A stretch of DNA of 52,669 bases from a virus (Duplodnaviria > Caudoviricetes): the IMG/VR virus record IMGVR_UViG_3300027969_002501, positions 1 to 52,669 of that record. The stretch is one strand, 5' to 3'. The number at the start of each line of letters is the position of its first letter. Position 1 is the first letter of the stretch. Positions 1-8,772 of this stretch are shown in pieces. Below the pieces are notes generated by a model. That model was not told the DNA's origin, made no database searches, and saw nothing but the letters and a program-made list of their open reading frames with translations. A program made the translations under genes and the position numbers.

Positions 1-1379
1 AATGCTGTCATGTAATCATTCATGATTTGTGTTAAACCTTCTACGTCATCACCAAATGATTCACCCAACGTAGTAAAGCCACGCAAGTCAGTCATAACAA
101 TTGAAAGCTCTCGACGCTCACCGCCTAGTTTAATAAGCTCTGGATTTTTTTGTAGTCGTTCTACAATAGTTGGGTTAACATAACTGCCAAACTGTCGCTT
201 TATTTGTTGCTTTTGGAGGAACTCTGAAACAAACTTAACTCCGTAGGCATGCAAAGCGACCAAGACTGTGCAAACTGCAAAGGCAGTAGCATCAAATAAG
301 AATAAAAAGTTAGTGAAAGCATACTGACTACCAACGATACCGCCAGCAACCAATACAACAACCGACGCAAGTCCAACATAAGTCCACCTTGTTAAAAATA
401 GTAATAATAATCCTGCGGCTAAGATAGCAATGATCTCTAAACCGTCTGCATAGTCTGGACGTTGTATAACAACTCCGTTGGCCATAGTTGTAATAACTGC
501 GGCTTGTAACTGGTGTGGAAACACTGCACCTACAGCAGTTGGTACTGGATTACTGATACCGGCCGCTGTTGGACCCACTACAACAATAGCCTTGTCAAAA
601 TCTTTAGGCAAGTCCATCAAACTATATGACTTGTTTGTTTGACTCCAATCAATCCATATGCGTCCAAGATTATCTGTAGTAACAGGACCAAACTTAGGTA
701 TGCGCATTTTCTCAACGCCACCTTCAAATAGTTTTATTTGAAATGTTGAATCGCCTGCGGCTACCCGTAATGTTTCCATAGCCATACTAGGGTATAGTTT
801 ATCATTGACTGATACAATTAGTGGCATACGGCGGTTAACACCATCCACTTCTGGTAATGTGTTTACAATTCCAACACCCGCGGCATTATTTTCTAACTGT
901 GGTAAATTGGCAATTATGCCAGGATACTGTACAATTTGGTCTTGCCACTCTGGGCCTAACACTGCTGATCCAGGTGTACGTGGAGTATTTTTAGTCTTAT
1001 CGCTGGGAACGCTGGGAAGTATTACCGGATAATGTTTAAGAGCGGCGGATAAATCGCGATCCCCGCCAGTACGATCGCGATCAGCCATAAGCACATTGAG
1101 CACAATAAGGCCAGCGTTGCGACGATAAAGATCTTCAATAATTTCAGCATAGTTAACCCTCGGTAGTGGCCATTGGCCATATTTGTCCAGAGCGGCTTCG
1201 TCTATATTGACTGTAACAATAGTATCTGGTGCAGGAACAGCTCTTGGTTGTGTAACTAGTGTGTCAAAGTAACGTAGTCTTACGCTTTCAACGAATGAAG
1301 GATCTGCTACACGTATGCCCACTACCAACGCTAAGGTTAACAGTGCAGTCCATGGGCTTAATAAGATTTTTTTCAGCAT
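1..1379 (-). CDS. CHASE2-domain membrane class III adenylate/guanylate cyclase (runs off window start)
   Basis: Not in ORF track; translated by hand from ATG 1379: MLKKILLSPWTALLTLALVV...TVNIDEAALDKYGQWPLPR (CHASE2), TM helices, then QIKRQFGSYVNPTIVERL...LGGERRELSIVMTDLRGFTT (cyclase metal-binding motif). Confidence 0.93.
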   Translation of the reverse strand, partial: MLKKILLSPWTALLTLALVVGIRVADPSFVESVRLRYFDTLVTQPRAVPAPDTIVTVNIDEAALDKYGQWPLPRVNYAEIIEDLYRRNAGLIVLNVLMADRDRTGGDRDLSAALKHYPVILPSVPSDKTKNTPRTPGSAVLGPEWQDQIVQYPGIIANLPQLENNAAGVGIVNTLPEVDGVNRRMPLIVSVNDKLYPSMAMETLRVAAGDSTFQIKLFEGGVEKMRIPKFGPVTTDNLGRIWIDWSQTNKSYSLMDLPKDFDKAIVVVGPTAAGISNPVPTAVGAVFPHQLQAAVITTMANGVVIQRPDYADGLEIIAILAAGLLLLFLTRWTYVGLASVVVLVAGGIVGSQYAFTNFLFLFDATAFAVCTVLVALHAYGVKFVSEFLQKQQIKRQFGSYVNPTIVERLQKNPELIKLGGERRELSIVMTDLRGFTTLGESFGDDVEGLTQIMNDYMTA

Positions 1380-1397
1380 AACATATTTATGCTGTTT

Positions 1398-1556
1398 TTA
1401 CTTGATGATTTTACTTAAGATCCAAACTATAGGAAACCATCCTAGTAGAAAAACAGGTACTAAGATCATGCCCTGTATGAGTTTAGTTCGCTGTTCTGCT
1501 TCACGTTCTTTAACCCGTTGCTTTTCTGATTCTATTTGTCGTTGTGTTGAATACAT
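1398..1556 (-). CDS. 52-aa single-pass membrane protein
   Basis: Hand-translated MYSTQRQIESEKQRVKEREAEQRTKLIQGMILVPVFLLGWFPIVWILSKIIK; fills the gap between FecR and cyclase genes. Confidence 0.65.
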   Translation of the reverse strand: MYSTQRQIESEKQRVKEREAEQRTKLIQGMILVPVFLLGWFPIVWILSKIIK

Positions 1557-1559
1557 AAT

Positions 1560-2660
1560 TTATCGTTGTGTAATAGTTAATGTACTAGTGCTACCTTTAT
1601 TTACATTCTGTATGATAGTTTGCCCGTCTTGTACTAGTGTAAATGTAGCACTTCTAGTAGTGTCAAATGTTGCTGTGGCATTGTGTGTGCCTGCTTTGTA
1701 CAGGGTTACCTTGCTGGAATCATCGTTGAAATAATATAGTAGCCCTAGCGATTTATTAGCACTATATCCTGGAAGTACTGGTATATCCATTTCATTGCTT
1801 AATAAACTTGCGTTCTGCCTATCCAATTCATTTAATGCGTTGTATGCCAACAAGTCAACGTTAAGGTCGTTTCGATCCAGTTCTCGATTGTTGTCCAACT
1901 TATTTTCATCCAATGCTGAAAATTTCAACAAGTCAACATCCAGAGCATTAAAGTCTAAGATGCTTTTTTCTTTCTTATTGGCGCCTGCTTGACTATCGTC
2001 CTGTACTTCTTTGGGTTTGCTGATAATCAACATGTTGTTAATGTTGGCTTGATCCAGTTTGACTATGACAGGTTGAGTAGGAGGCAAGTTGGCAGAACTC
2101 ACCATAGTTGCTTGATAAGGCACATCTAACAATACCATACCTGCTAGACTGCTGACTTCAATTGCGCCTGTTACACAGCCTTTGTTGTCACAACTGGGCA
2201 ACAATATAACTAAGCTACGCCCAAGTTCATCCACAGTCATAGAGAAGTCTGTACCTCTTACGGCAATGGTTGCTGTGGGAGTTTTTATTGCGACCTGCTG
2301 TGGATTATTCTTGGCAATCTGCCCGCTGGCATAGCGAGCAGTTCCCATAGCCATGTTTAGTGCTAGCTTGCCTGTGCCTTTCTTTGGATCGTAGACAAAG
2401 TCATCTATGATCAGTTTGCTGTGCTCTGTGAGTTTAACTGTGGTCTTATCGTCAAAGGTCAGCTCTGCTTTACCTCTAGCAGTGCTGACCGTGTCGTTCA
2501 TTTCTACACCTGTGTTTACACTTGAAGGTATGCTCTTCTTTTCACGTAATATCTCTGTTGGTCCTGATTGTTCAGTGACTTTGCCTACACCAGCAAAGCC
2601 ATTAATCGGACTGAGTAACGATAACGTTGTTATTAGAACCGTTGCTGGTAATAACCGCAT
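1560..2660 (-). CDS. Exported FecR-domain protein
   Basis: Signal peptide; FecR pattern DTVSTARGKAELTFDDKTTVKLTEHSKL...IKTPTATIAVRGTDF. Confidence 0.88.
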   Translation of the reverse strand: MRLLPATVLITTLSLLSPINGFAGVGKVTEQSGPTEILREKKSIPSSVNTGVEMNDTVSTARGKAELTFDDKTTVKLTEHSKLIIDDFVYDPKKGTGKLALNMAMGTARYASGQIAKNNPQQVAIKTPTATIAVRGTDFSMTVDELGRSLVILLPSCDNKGCVTGAIEVSSLAGMVLLDVPYQATMVSSANLPPTQPVIVKLDQANINNMLIISKPKEVQDDSQAGANKKEKSILDFNALDVDLLKFSALDENKLDNNRELDRNDLNVDLLAYNALNELDRQNASLLSNEMDIPVLPGYSANKSLGLLYYFNDDSSKVTLYKAGTHNATATFDTTRSATFTLVQDGQTIIQNVNKGSTSTLTITQR

Positions 2661-3267
2661 TTTTAGTCAGTGCTCCGCTTTGTGTCAGTGTTACTGCGTT
2701 AGCCGCACCGCTTGTGCCGCTACCAGAAACTGTTATTTCACCTGAATGTAGTCCTGCACCCGTTGCGGTATGTGTTACATTGTTCCAATTTCCGTTAATG
2801 GCAATTGTACTTTTCACAACACCGCCAGTCAACATCTGTATTGTGTTGTTGCTGTTACCTGTGATTTGAGAACTGATTGTGCTGGCATTACAGCTAGCAC
2901 TCAACGCCGTACCACATCCAATAGTCTGCGTATTGCTACTACCGTCAGCTGACACTAACACAGTAGTTCCAGTACCGGGATTGTTAACAATGAGGCTAGC
3001 AATGTTACCAGAACCAATTTGACTTATAGTCACATCATTAAGATCGCCTAAAATTAGCGCAGGATCGTCAACATTTCCGAGTCCGCCAACGTTACCGTTG
3101 ACCATGTTGCCAGCGCCAGTTTGTGTGATAGAAACTATAGCATTATCTCCAATCTGTTCCACATAAACATCATTGGCCCAGGCTCCCGATGACAACATTC
3201 CAGATGCCATTAGTATTGCAAGTATTTTTCTCGACAACTTGCCACCGCCTTTTAAACTTTTGTTCAT
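2602..3267 (-). CDS. Curlin-like (CsgA/CsgB-type) repeat protein
   Basis: Signal peptide ending GAWA, then NDVYVEQIGD and repeated I/V-x-Q-x-G-x-x-N units, N/G/S/T rich; downstream of csgG; start uncertain (3267 or 3291). Confidence 0.78.
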   Translation of the reverse strand: MNKSLKGGGKLSRKILAILMASGMLSSGAWANDVYVEQIGDNAIVSITQTGAGNMVNGNVGGLGNVDDPALILGDLNDVTISQIGSGNIASLIVNNPGTGTTVLVSADGSSNTQTIGCGTALSASCNASTISSQITGNSNNTIQMLTGGVVKSTIAINGNWNNVTHTATGAGLHSGEITVSGSGTSGAANAVTLTQSGALTKNAVITSNGSNNNVIVTQSD

Positions 3268-3476
3268 AATTCTAAGATTTGGGTTGAACATCTTATTTGT
3301 AATTGTTTACAAACGCTTAGTTTATACCCCGCATCGCTCCTTGGCCGCTGGCCATTATTGTTGTTTACCTCTTTTATTTAAATACATCTACCACTTAATA
3401 ATACTCCGCTGTTATTTTCTCGTTACTCACAGGTGTAAAAAAATTTACACTGTTGAAAAATCAACACCGTGTACTA

Positions 3477-4619
3477 CTACTGCTGTTTGTTAGTCAGTAC
3501 ATCCTGCTTAACAAAACCTTTACGCATGTCTGCGTCTCTTACTAAATGCCAAAGTTCTGGGCCTGGTGAAATGATTATTAGTTCAGTTCCTTTCTTTAAC
3601 AACCAAGTTCTTTGACTTTTGTCGTTTGCTTCTTTATAAAGATATGCGTCTTCTTTCAATACTCGTGTACCAAATAAATCCACAGGGTCTTTAGGTTGCT
3701 CTTTCTTTACTACTGCCGGCACAACAGGCATAACCTTTGATACCAATTCTGTTTCTGGTTTAGTTTCAGAGATAGGTTGAGTTTGAACTACAACATCTTT
3801 CTTCTCCTCTACTTTAATTTCTTGTTTTATTTCTACTTGTCCAGCTTTTTTAAATCTCCAAATGCCTTTCTTTTCGCCTTCAACAATCATATCGTAAACT
3901 GCCTGTTCAATGGCCACACGTACCGCATAGGTTGTAGGCTCATTCAGTGCCATGCCATTTTCCAATTCTAATGCTTTGGTTCCTGCGTCCACAAAACGTA
4001 ACATGCCCACGTTGTGTTGTGTGCTAAAAATAGTCTTGCTTACAGCATTAGATAACAATACTTCGCCACTGTTAACACTAATCAATCGCATTGATATAAC
4101 AATTTCATCTACACGATACTGTTGACTGCCACCAATACCTAAAAATCTAGCACCGTTACCTCCCGACCTTATATTGCTATCATAACCAATAATACCACCT
4201 TCAATCATTACTCCTGCTACTGTCATTGGTTTAAGTGGTCTAGCATCCTTGCCTTCGTAAACTTCTCGTTGGTTGCGTATCAACTGACGTTCTTTAATTA
4301 GATTATCTAGTCCAACACGTTCAACTACTTTAAACCAATTTTTTGAATCTTGTAGTGATTTAATTAAAAATACTTCGGCGCCTTGTGTTACTGCTTTACT
4401 AAACACTGCTAACTTGTCGTTAGGTTTCATCTGTCCTGTTTTGTCTTGGAACCCATAAACGGCAATAGTTATAGGAGGTCCATCTAACTCTGGTATCTTG
4501 GTAGTTAAACTTTCCCTTGGTTGTAGGGCCACTGGTTCTTCCTTGCCCGCATCCATCTGCACATGGGCACAGCCAGATAATGCTGTTGCTATTACAAATG
4601 ATAATATAAGTCTTTTCAT
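3477..4619 (-). CDS. csgG: Curli secretion channel CsgG with C-terminal SH3-like extension
   Basis: Lipobox LSGC; AVYGFQDKTGQ, SKAVTQGA, WFKVVERVGLDNLIKERQLIR, EGGIIGYDSN, GARFLGIG motifs. Confidence 0.95.
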   Translation of the reverse strand: MKRLILSFVIATALSGCAHVQMDAGKEEPVALQPRESLTTKIPELDGPPITIAVYGFQDKTGQMKPNDKLAVFSKAVTQGAEVFLIKSLQDSKNWFKVVERVGLDNLIKERQLIRNQREVYEGKDARPLKPMTVAGVMIEGGIIGYDSNIRSGGNGARFLGIGGSQQYRVDEIVISMRLISVNSGEVLLSNAVSKTIFSTQHNVGMLRFVDAGTKALELENGMALNEPTTYAVRVAIEQAVYDMIVEGEKKGIWRFKKAGQVEIKQEIKVEEKKDVVVQTQPISETKPETELVSKVMPVVPAVVKKEQPKDPVDLFGTRVLKEDAYLYKEANDKSQRTWLLKKGTELIIISPGPELWHLVRDADMRKGFVKQDVLTNKQQ

Positions 4620-5071
4620 TAGAATGCAAAGCTCGCTATAGGTACAGTGATCTCAGTTCGGCCTCCGTTGGCGTCAAGTATGGTCAATGTAACATCAGTG
4701 GCTGATTTGACCCAACTGATAGTACTGCCTTGAAAGTTCATAGTTCCACTAGTAGCACTGCCTTCGGTAAACATCTGATCTGCTAGTTGTTTGGATAATT
4801 GTGCGTAGATACGTGCTTCCACGTTGACCAAGAACTTGGCCAAGTTGGTGCTTTTGGCCGCAGTTTCTGCTTTGGCTATGGCCGCAAGTTCTTCTGCTTT
4901 GATTTCTTTTTTCTTGGCTTCTTCCAACTGGTGAATAGTAAGAACGTGCTGACTGAATCCGTTGCCTGGTATAAAGGCTGGACTTTGAAAGTTATGTATT
5001 AACTCGGCAGAAAACGCTATTGATGTCAAAGACACAGTAGCTACAAATACTATTATTTGTGATTTGGACAT
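4619..5071 (-). CDS. csgF: Curli assembly protein CsgF-like
   Basis: Signal peptide then AELIHNFQSPAFIPGNG; ARIYAQLSKQLADQMF; C-terminal GRTEITVP; abuts csgG. Confidence 0.85.
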   Translation of the reverse strand: MSKSQIIVFVATVSLTSIAFSAELIHNFQSPAFIPGNGFSQHVLTIHQLEEAKKKEIKAEELAAIAKAETAAKSTNLAKFLVNVEARIYAQLSKQLADQMFTEGSATSGTMNFQGSTISWVKSATDVTLTILDANGGRTEITVPIASFAF

Positions 5072-5138
5072 GACGATTCGCTCCCGCTATAATCCTTATT
5101 AGTATTTACTACTAATAATGATTTTTTAAGTGTGCATA

Positions 5139-6698
5139 TTACACTTGGGGAATATGATCGTCTGGGTGTGTTACTTGGCTTAAAGTTGGATCGATTGTTA
5201 AGTCTATAGCAGGAGCTTGAGTTGCAGTTGACTTTTTAGCTAAAGGGCGGCCTTGATTCTTTGGTTTGATTTTATCAGGAGATTGTATTGCTGTTTTTGG
5301 TTCTTTGACAGTTTTCTTAGTTACTTCTGGTTCAAGGGGTAGTAACGCTAATTCGTCTAATAGCGGACCGCCTGCAACGTTTGTTCTAACGGTAGTGCCT
5401 GATTTTGTAGTCCACATTCTGCAAAGAGAAGTATCTTTAAATTTTACATTTCCTTTAGCATCGGTATACTGGATTCTTCCATGAATATTGATGCCCATAT
5501 TACTGGGAGGAGCACTACCCACTAGGTCAACTTTTGATAATGCTTCTACTAATCTGCTATCTATTTTCATTAATTTATAGCCTGGGCTATTAGGATCAAC
5601 AACTAGTTTTACAATGTCTACCGATTCAACAGCACCTGTTTTTTCATCATAGTTGTTACTGTATCGAATTAATCCGTTAGCAATGGATTTTACTAACGCG
5701 GCTTCTTTTTGGGCACTGTCTCCACCTGCTAGTCTTTGTACGATTGGAATAACGTTGGCCCATACTTGTCGAAGTGCTACTATATGTTGATCTGTTGTAG
5801 TTCCCCACAATCTTTGATATTGACTTGCATCATAACCAAATACTGTTTTAAAGAACGCTAATTGTTTACTCCATTCGTGGCCGCTAGCTTGTCCCAATTG
5901 GCTGTTGCCTGTTTTAACACTTAACAAGTTTATTTTCTTGTTATCAAGGTGTAAGACAAGATCTGCTTTAGTTCCTTTATTATCGCTTATACCGTCTGAA
6001 ATAACTTGTATGGTATTTGTATTAGGATCTTTAGAAGCTTGGGCTAAACCTGCTTTAATTTTTGCTTCTTCTCTGGAGTATCGTAATGCAGATAAAATAA
6101 CAGCTCTTGTTGCACCTTCAATTGACCCAGGATCGTTTACTAGTTTAATAAACTCTTTAACAGCTTCTCCAGGACATTTAATATCAATTTTTAATATATC
6201 TTCCTTGCCTTGCAAGTGTGTTAGCTTGCCAGTCCACGACAGTCTAAGTGCTGAACCTGCTTTACCTTTGGCATTTAAAACTTGCCCAAGTGTCAGTGCT
6301 TGTGCTAGATTCATAAAATCTATAGGATCAACATCTTTGCCACCACCTAAGAATCGTGTAGCTACTGCAACTCCTAGACTAATTTCTCCAATGTATCCAA
6401 GATTAGCTTTATCACCACCTTTGATAGCTAGAGTTTTTTCTAAGGAAGTTAAGTTGATAGGTTCACCGTCTTCTGTTTTTAATGTAATTGGCTGACCTGG
6501 TTCTGCGTTATTTAGAATATCGATTGAGGATTTATCTAATACTACAGTATCCCCAAATTTGTCTTTTTTGCCCGGTACAACTTCTAACGGTGTTCCAGCA
6601 TCAATCATCGCAATCATATTGGCGCGATAATTGTGGTTAGTTTTAAATATGTCTGCAACCTTTAGGTTGGTTTCGTTGATAATGTCTAATATACGCAT
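5139..6698 (-). CDS. Putative PD-(D/E)xK restriction-endonuclease-fold protein, probably virion-associated
   Basis: GYIGE...KADLVL...LLSVKTG pattern; N-terminus MRILDIINE; TAAATA 6 nt upstream. Confidence 0.5.
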   Translation of the reverse strand: MRILDIINETNLKVADIFKTNHNYRANMIAMIDAGTPLEVVPGKKDKFGDTVVLDKSSIDILNNAEPGQPITLKTEDGEPINLTSLEKTLAIKGGDKANLGYIGEISLGVAVATRFLGGGKDVDPIDFMNLAQALTLGQVLNAKGKAGSALRLSWTGKLTHLQGKEDILKIDIKCPGEAVKEFIKLVNDPGSIEGATRAVILSALRYSREEAKIKAGLAQASKDPNTNTIQVISDGISDNKGTKADLVLHLDNKKINLLSVKTGNSQLGQASGHEWSKQLAFFKTVFGYDASQYQRLWGTTTDQHIVALRQVWANVIPIVQRLAGGDSAQKEAALVKSIANGLIRYSNNYDEKTGAVESVDIVKLVVDPNSPGYKLMKIDSRLVEALSKVDLVGSAPPSNMGINIHGRIQYTDAKGNVKFKDTSLCRMWTTKSGTTVRTNVAGGPLLDELALLPLEPEVTKKTVKEPKTAIQSPDKIKPKNQGRPLAKKSTATQAPAIDLTIDPTLSQVTHPDDHIPQV

Positions 6699-6707
6699 AG
6701 TAAATAT

Positions 6708-7388
6708 TTAGCGTATTTCAGGAAACAAACATTCCTGTATGAAATGCTGTACATCCGCCTCACTTAACCCTAAACTAACCATTACACGGGGTGTATGGGG
6801 GTTGCACTTTTGATTTTGTGCGTAATAGTTCTGAGCTTCTGTAGTGTCTTGTGCTGTGTTGTTTGTTTCAGCTACTGTGCTTAGATAGTGTGCAACTGTG
6901 GTTTTTGCTAGATTTGTAATTTGTTCTAGTTCTTCTGGATCTTGTACATTGGCCGCGGCTACCATACTACCACTAAAAATGTTAGTAGCCCACTCTGGTA
7001 ATGCACGTTCTCTGCGCCATTCTAGTTTGGCTACTTCATCGTGAAACCATTGCATCATGGGATGGTCAGGATCACCTGCCTTGCTGTAATCGTGGAAACA
7101 GCCGGTAATCTTATTCTTACCAGCAATAACATCAAAGCCGTAAATTGGTGCTGGATTGTGTGTATGTGGAAAGATGCAACAATGCATCATCCAAAGTCCT
7201 TTAGACTCTCTAGCATCTACTACATCAACGTGTGCCCTACGATAACTATCGCTAGTCCACACACGATTAACCCAACCGGGCTGATTAAATCGATCCATCC
7301 CCGGTTCAAAGACTTCTTTGCCAGTAGCATCAAAACTATCTTCTAGTAACTGCTGTATACTTATTAGTGTATTCCAGACTTTACTCAT
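6708..7388 (-). CDS. pcyX: Ferredoxin-dependent bilin reductase, PcyX/PcyA type
   Basis: RRAHVDV, MMHCCIFP, PIYGFDVIAG, FHDYS, LPEWATNIFS, YAQNQKCNPHT, FIQECLFP; directly downstream of heme oxygenase. Confidence 0.88.
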   Translation of the reverse strand: MSKVWNTLISIQQLLEDSFDATGKEVFEPGMDRFNQPGWVNRVWTSDSYRRAHVDVVDARESKGLWMMHCCIFPHTHNPAPIYGFDVIAGKNKITGCFHDYSKAGDPDHPMMQWFHDEVAKLEWRRERALPEWATNIFSGSMVAAANVQDPEELEQITNLAKTTVAHYLSTVAETNNTAQDTTEAQNYYAQNQKCNPHTPRVMVSLGLSEADVQHFIQECLFPEIR

Positions 7389-7923
7389 TAACAGCCTTTT
7401 CTAAGTCGTCAAACATATCTGCCGCAAACTTAAAACATACTGCGGCTTCGTCTGCTAGACTATCATCCAGTTTAGCACGTAGGACGTTTTTAATTTCTAC
7501 AGGATCTCCGTCAAACTGATAATACTTACCGGAGCCTGGAACACGTTTGGCAATCATTTGTCCGCCTGACAAGTCACCAAAATGTCTAACATACAAATGC
7601 GCCAGTATTTTCTTAGGATCGTCTTTGATACTCATCAAATGATCATGATATACTTTTACGCTAGGAACTTCAGTAGGCATATCTTCGCCAGTCCATAACT
7701 CGTTAAAGTCTTCTAGGATAGCAGGAGCTCTGCGAATTGTAGGATAATCATTCATCAAGCCATGCATCATAGCAATAGCTTCTAACATGTCGTAACACTT
7801 GTGCTGATTATACAGATACGTAGCGTATGCTTCAGGCGTGATTTTACCTGAAAACAATACTTTGACAAACGGGCGTGTCTCAGCGTATTTGTGATGCTCC
7901 CATGTTAAGTCTTTTAAACTCAT
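7381..7923 (-). CDS. hemO: Biliverdin-producing heme oxygenase
   Basis: LKDLTWEHHKYAE proximal His region; AHLYVRHFGDLSGGQMI signature. Confidence 0.93.
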   Translation of the reverse strand: MSLKDLTWEHHKYAETRPFVKVLFSGKITPEAYATYLYNQHKCYDMLEAIAMMHGLMNDYPTIRRAPAILEDFNELWTGEDMPTEVPSVKVYHDHLMSIKDDPKKILAHLYVRHFGDLSGGQMIAKRVPGSGKYYQFDGDPVEIKNVLRAKLDDSLADEAAVCFKFAADMFDDLEKAVNE

Positions 7924-8222
7924 TCTTCTTCCAATTTAATTTGTAATGGAAATCCGTTAGCACGGGCAAGTTGTGTTGATTCAACAGCCTTTGCTTCTGC
8001 AATTTCAAAACTGTATACACCTGCAATGCCAGCGCCTGTTTCGTGTACAGTAATCATAATATCCCTAGCAGTTGTATCTGTGTGCTTAAAGATTTCAATA
8101 AGTACCCCTACCACAAAATCCATAGGGGTAGCGTCATCGTTCAATAGGATTACCTTCCAACGTTTAGGTTCCTGTACAGTAACCTTAATTTTTTCGTCTA
8201 GTTGGATATCAGTGCCTGCCAT
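7920..8222 (-). CDS. clpS: ATP-dependent Clp protease adaptor ClpS
   Basis: WKVILLNDDATPMDFVV...VHETGAGIAGVYSFEIAE...GFPL. Confidence 0.96.
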   Translation of the reverse strand: MAGTDIQLDEKIKVTVQEPKRWKVILLNDDATPMDFVVGVLIEIFKHTDTTARDIMITVHETGAGIAGVYSFEIAEAKAVESTQLARANGFPLQIKLEEE

Positions 8223-8239
8223 TTTGTTTCTCCGGGGTT

Positions 8240-8271
8240 AGTGGAAGGGTTGCCCCTTCCACTGTTATTTA
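8240..8271 (-). promoter_or_regulatory. Late promoter TAAATA followed by a 10-bp GNRA hairpin upstream of clpS
   Basis: TAAATA 8266-8271; AGTGGAAGGG-GCAA-CCCTTCCACT 8240-8263. Confidence 0.6.
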
Positions 8272-8273
8272 CA

Positions 8274-8705
8274 TTATTTAATTTCGATTTGACGTGGTTT
8301 TAAAGCTTCTGGTACTACACGTTGAATATCAATTTGTAGCATACCATGTTCAACTTTAGCACCTCTTACAATCATGTACTCGGCTAGAGTAAATGTTTGT
8401 TCAAAGTCACGAGCGGCCAATCCACGATGTAAGTATTCGATTTGTCCAGTGTCAACATTTGGACGATCCTTAATACCGCGAATTGTTAGCTGGTCTTGAT
8501 CTACTTCAACTGTAACTTCTTCTTTGGTGAAGCCTGCTACAGCAACTTCAATGCCATATGTATCATCACTATACTTCACAATGTTGTGTGGAGGATAGTT
8601 TCCGTTTTGGTGATGTGGTGCGCTGAAATAGCGATCAAATCCTACTAGTGCTTTGCTCAGTTGTGCTAGAGCGGCTGTGTCAATAGTTCTTAGTTGCATT
8701 GTCAT
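8274..8705 (-). CDS. hsp20: Small heat shock protein (Hsp20/IbpA family)
   Basis: NYPPHNIVK, IEVAVAGF, YLHRGLAARDF, GMLQIDI...VPEALKPRQIEI. Confidence 0.96.
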   Translation of the reverse strand: MTMQLRTIDTAALAQLSKALVGFDRYFSAPHHQNGNYPPHNIVKYSDDTYGIEVAVAGFTKEEVTVEVDQDQLTIRGIKDRPNVDTGQIEYLHRGLAARDFEQTFTLAEYMIVRGAKVEHGMLQIDIQRVVPEALKPRQIEIK

Positions 8706-8767
8706 AAATTTCTCCTTTATTAAGCAAGAACTTTGCAGGACCCATTTAGGCGTCCTGCATGTTTATA
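8706..8767 (-). promoter_or_regulatory. hsp20 leader: TATAAACA promoter, 5' hairpin and ROSE-like RNA thermometer
   Basis: UUCUUGCUU-AAUA-AAGGAGAA pairs over the SD with a bulged G; upstream hairpin TGCAGGAC...GTCCTGCA. Confidence 0.75.
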
Positions 8768-8772
8768 TTATA

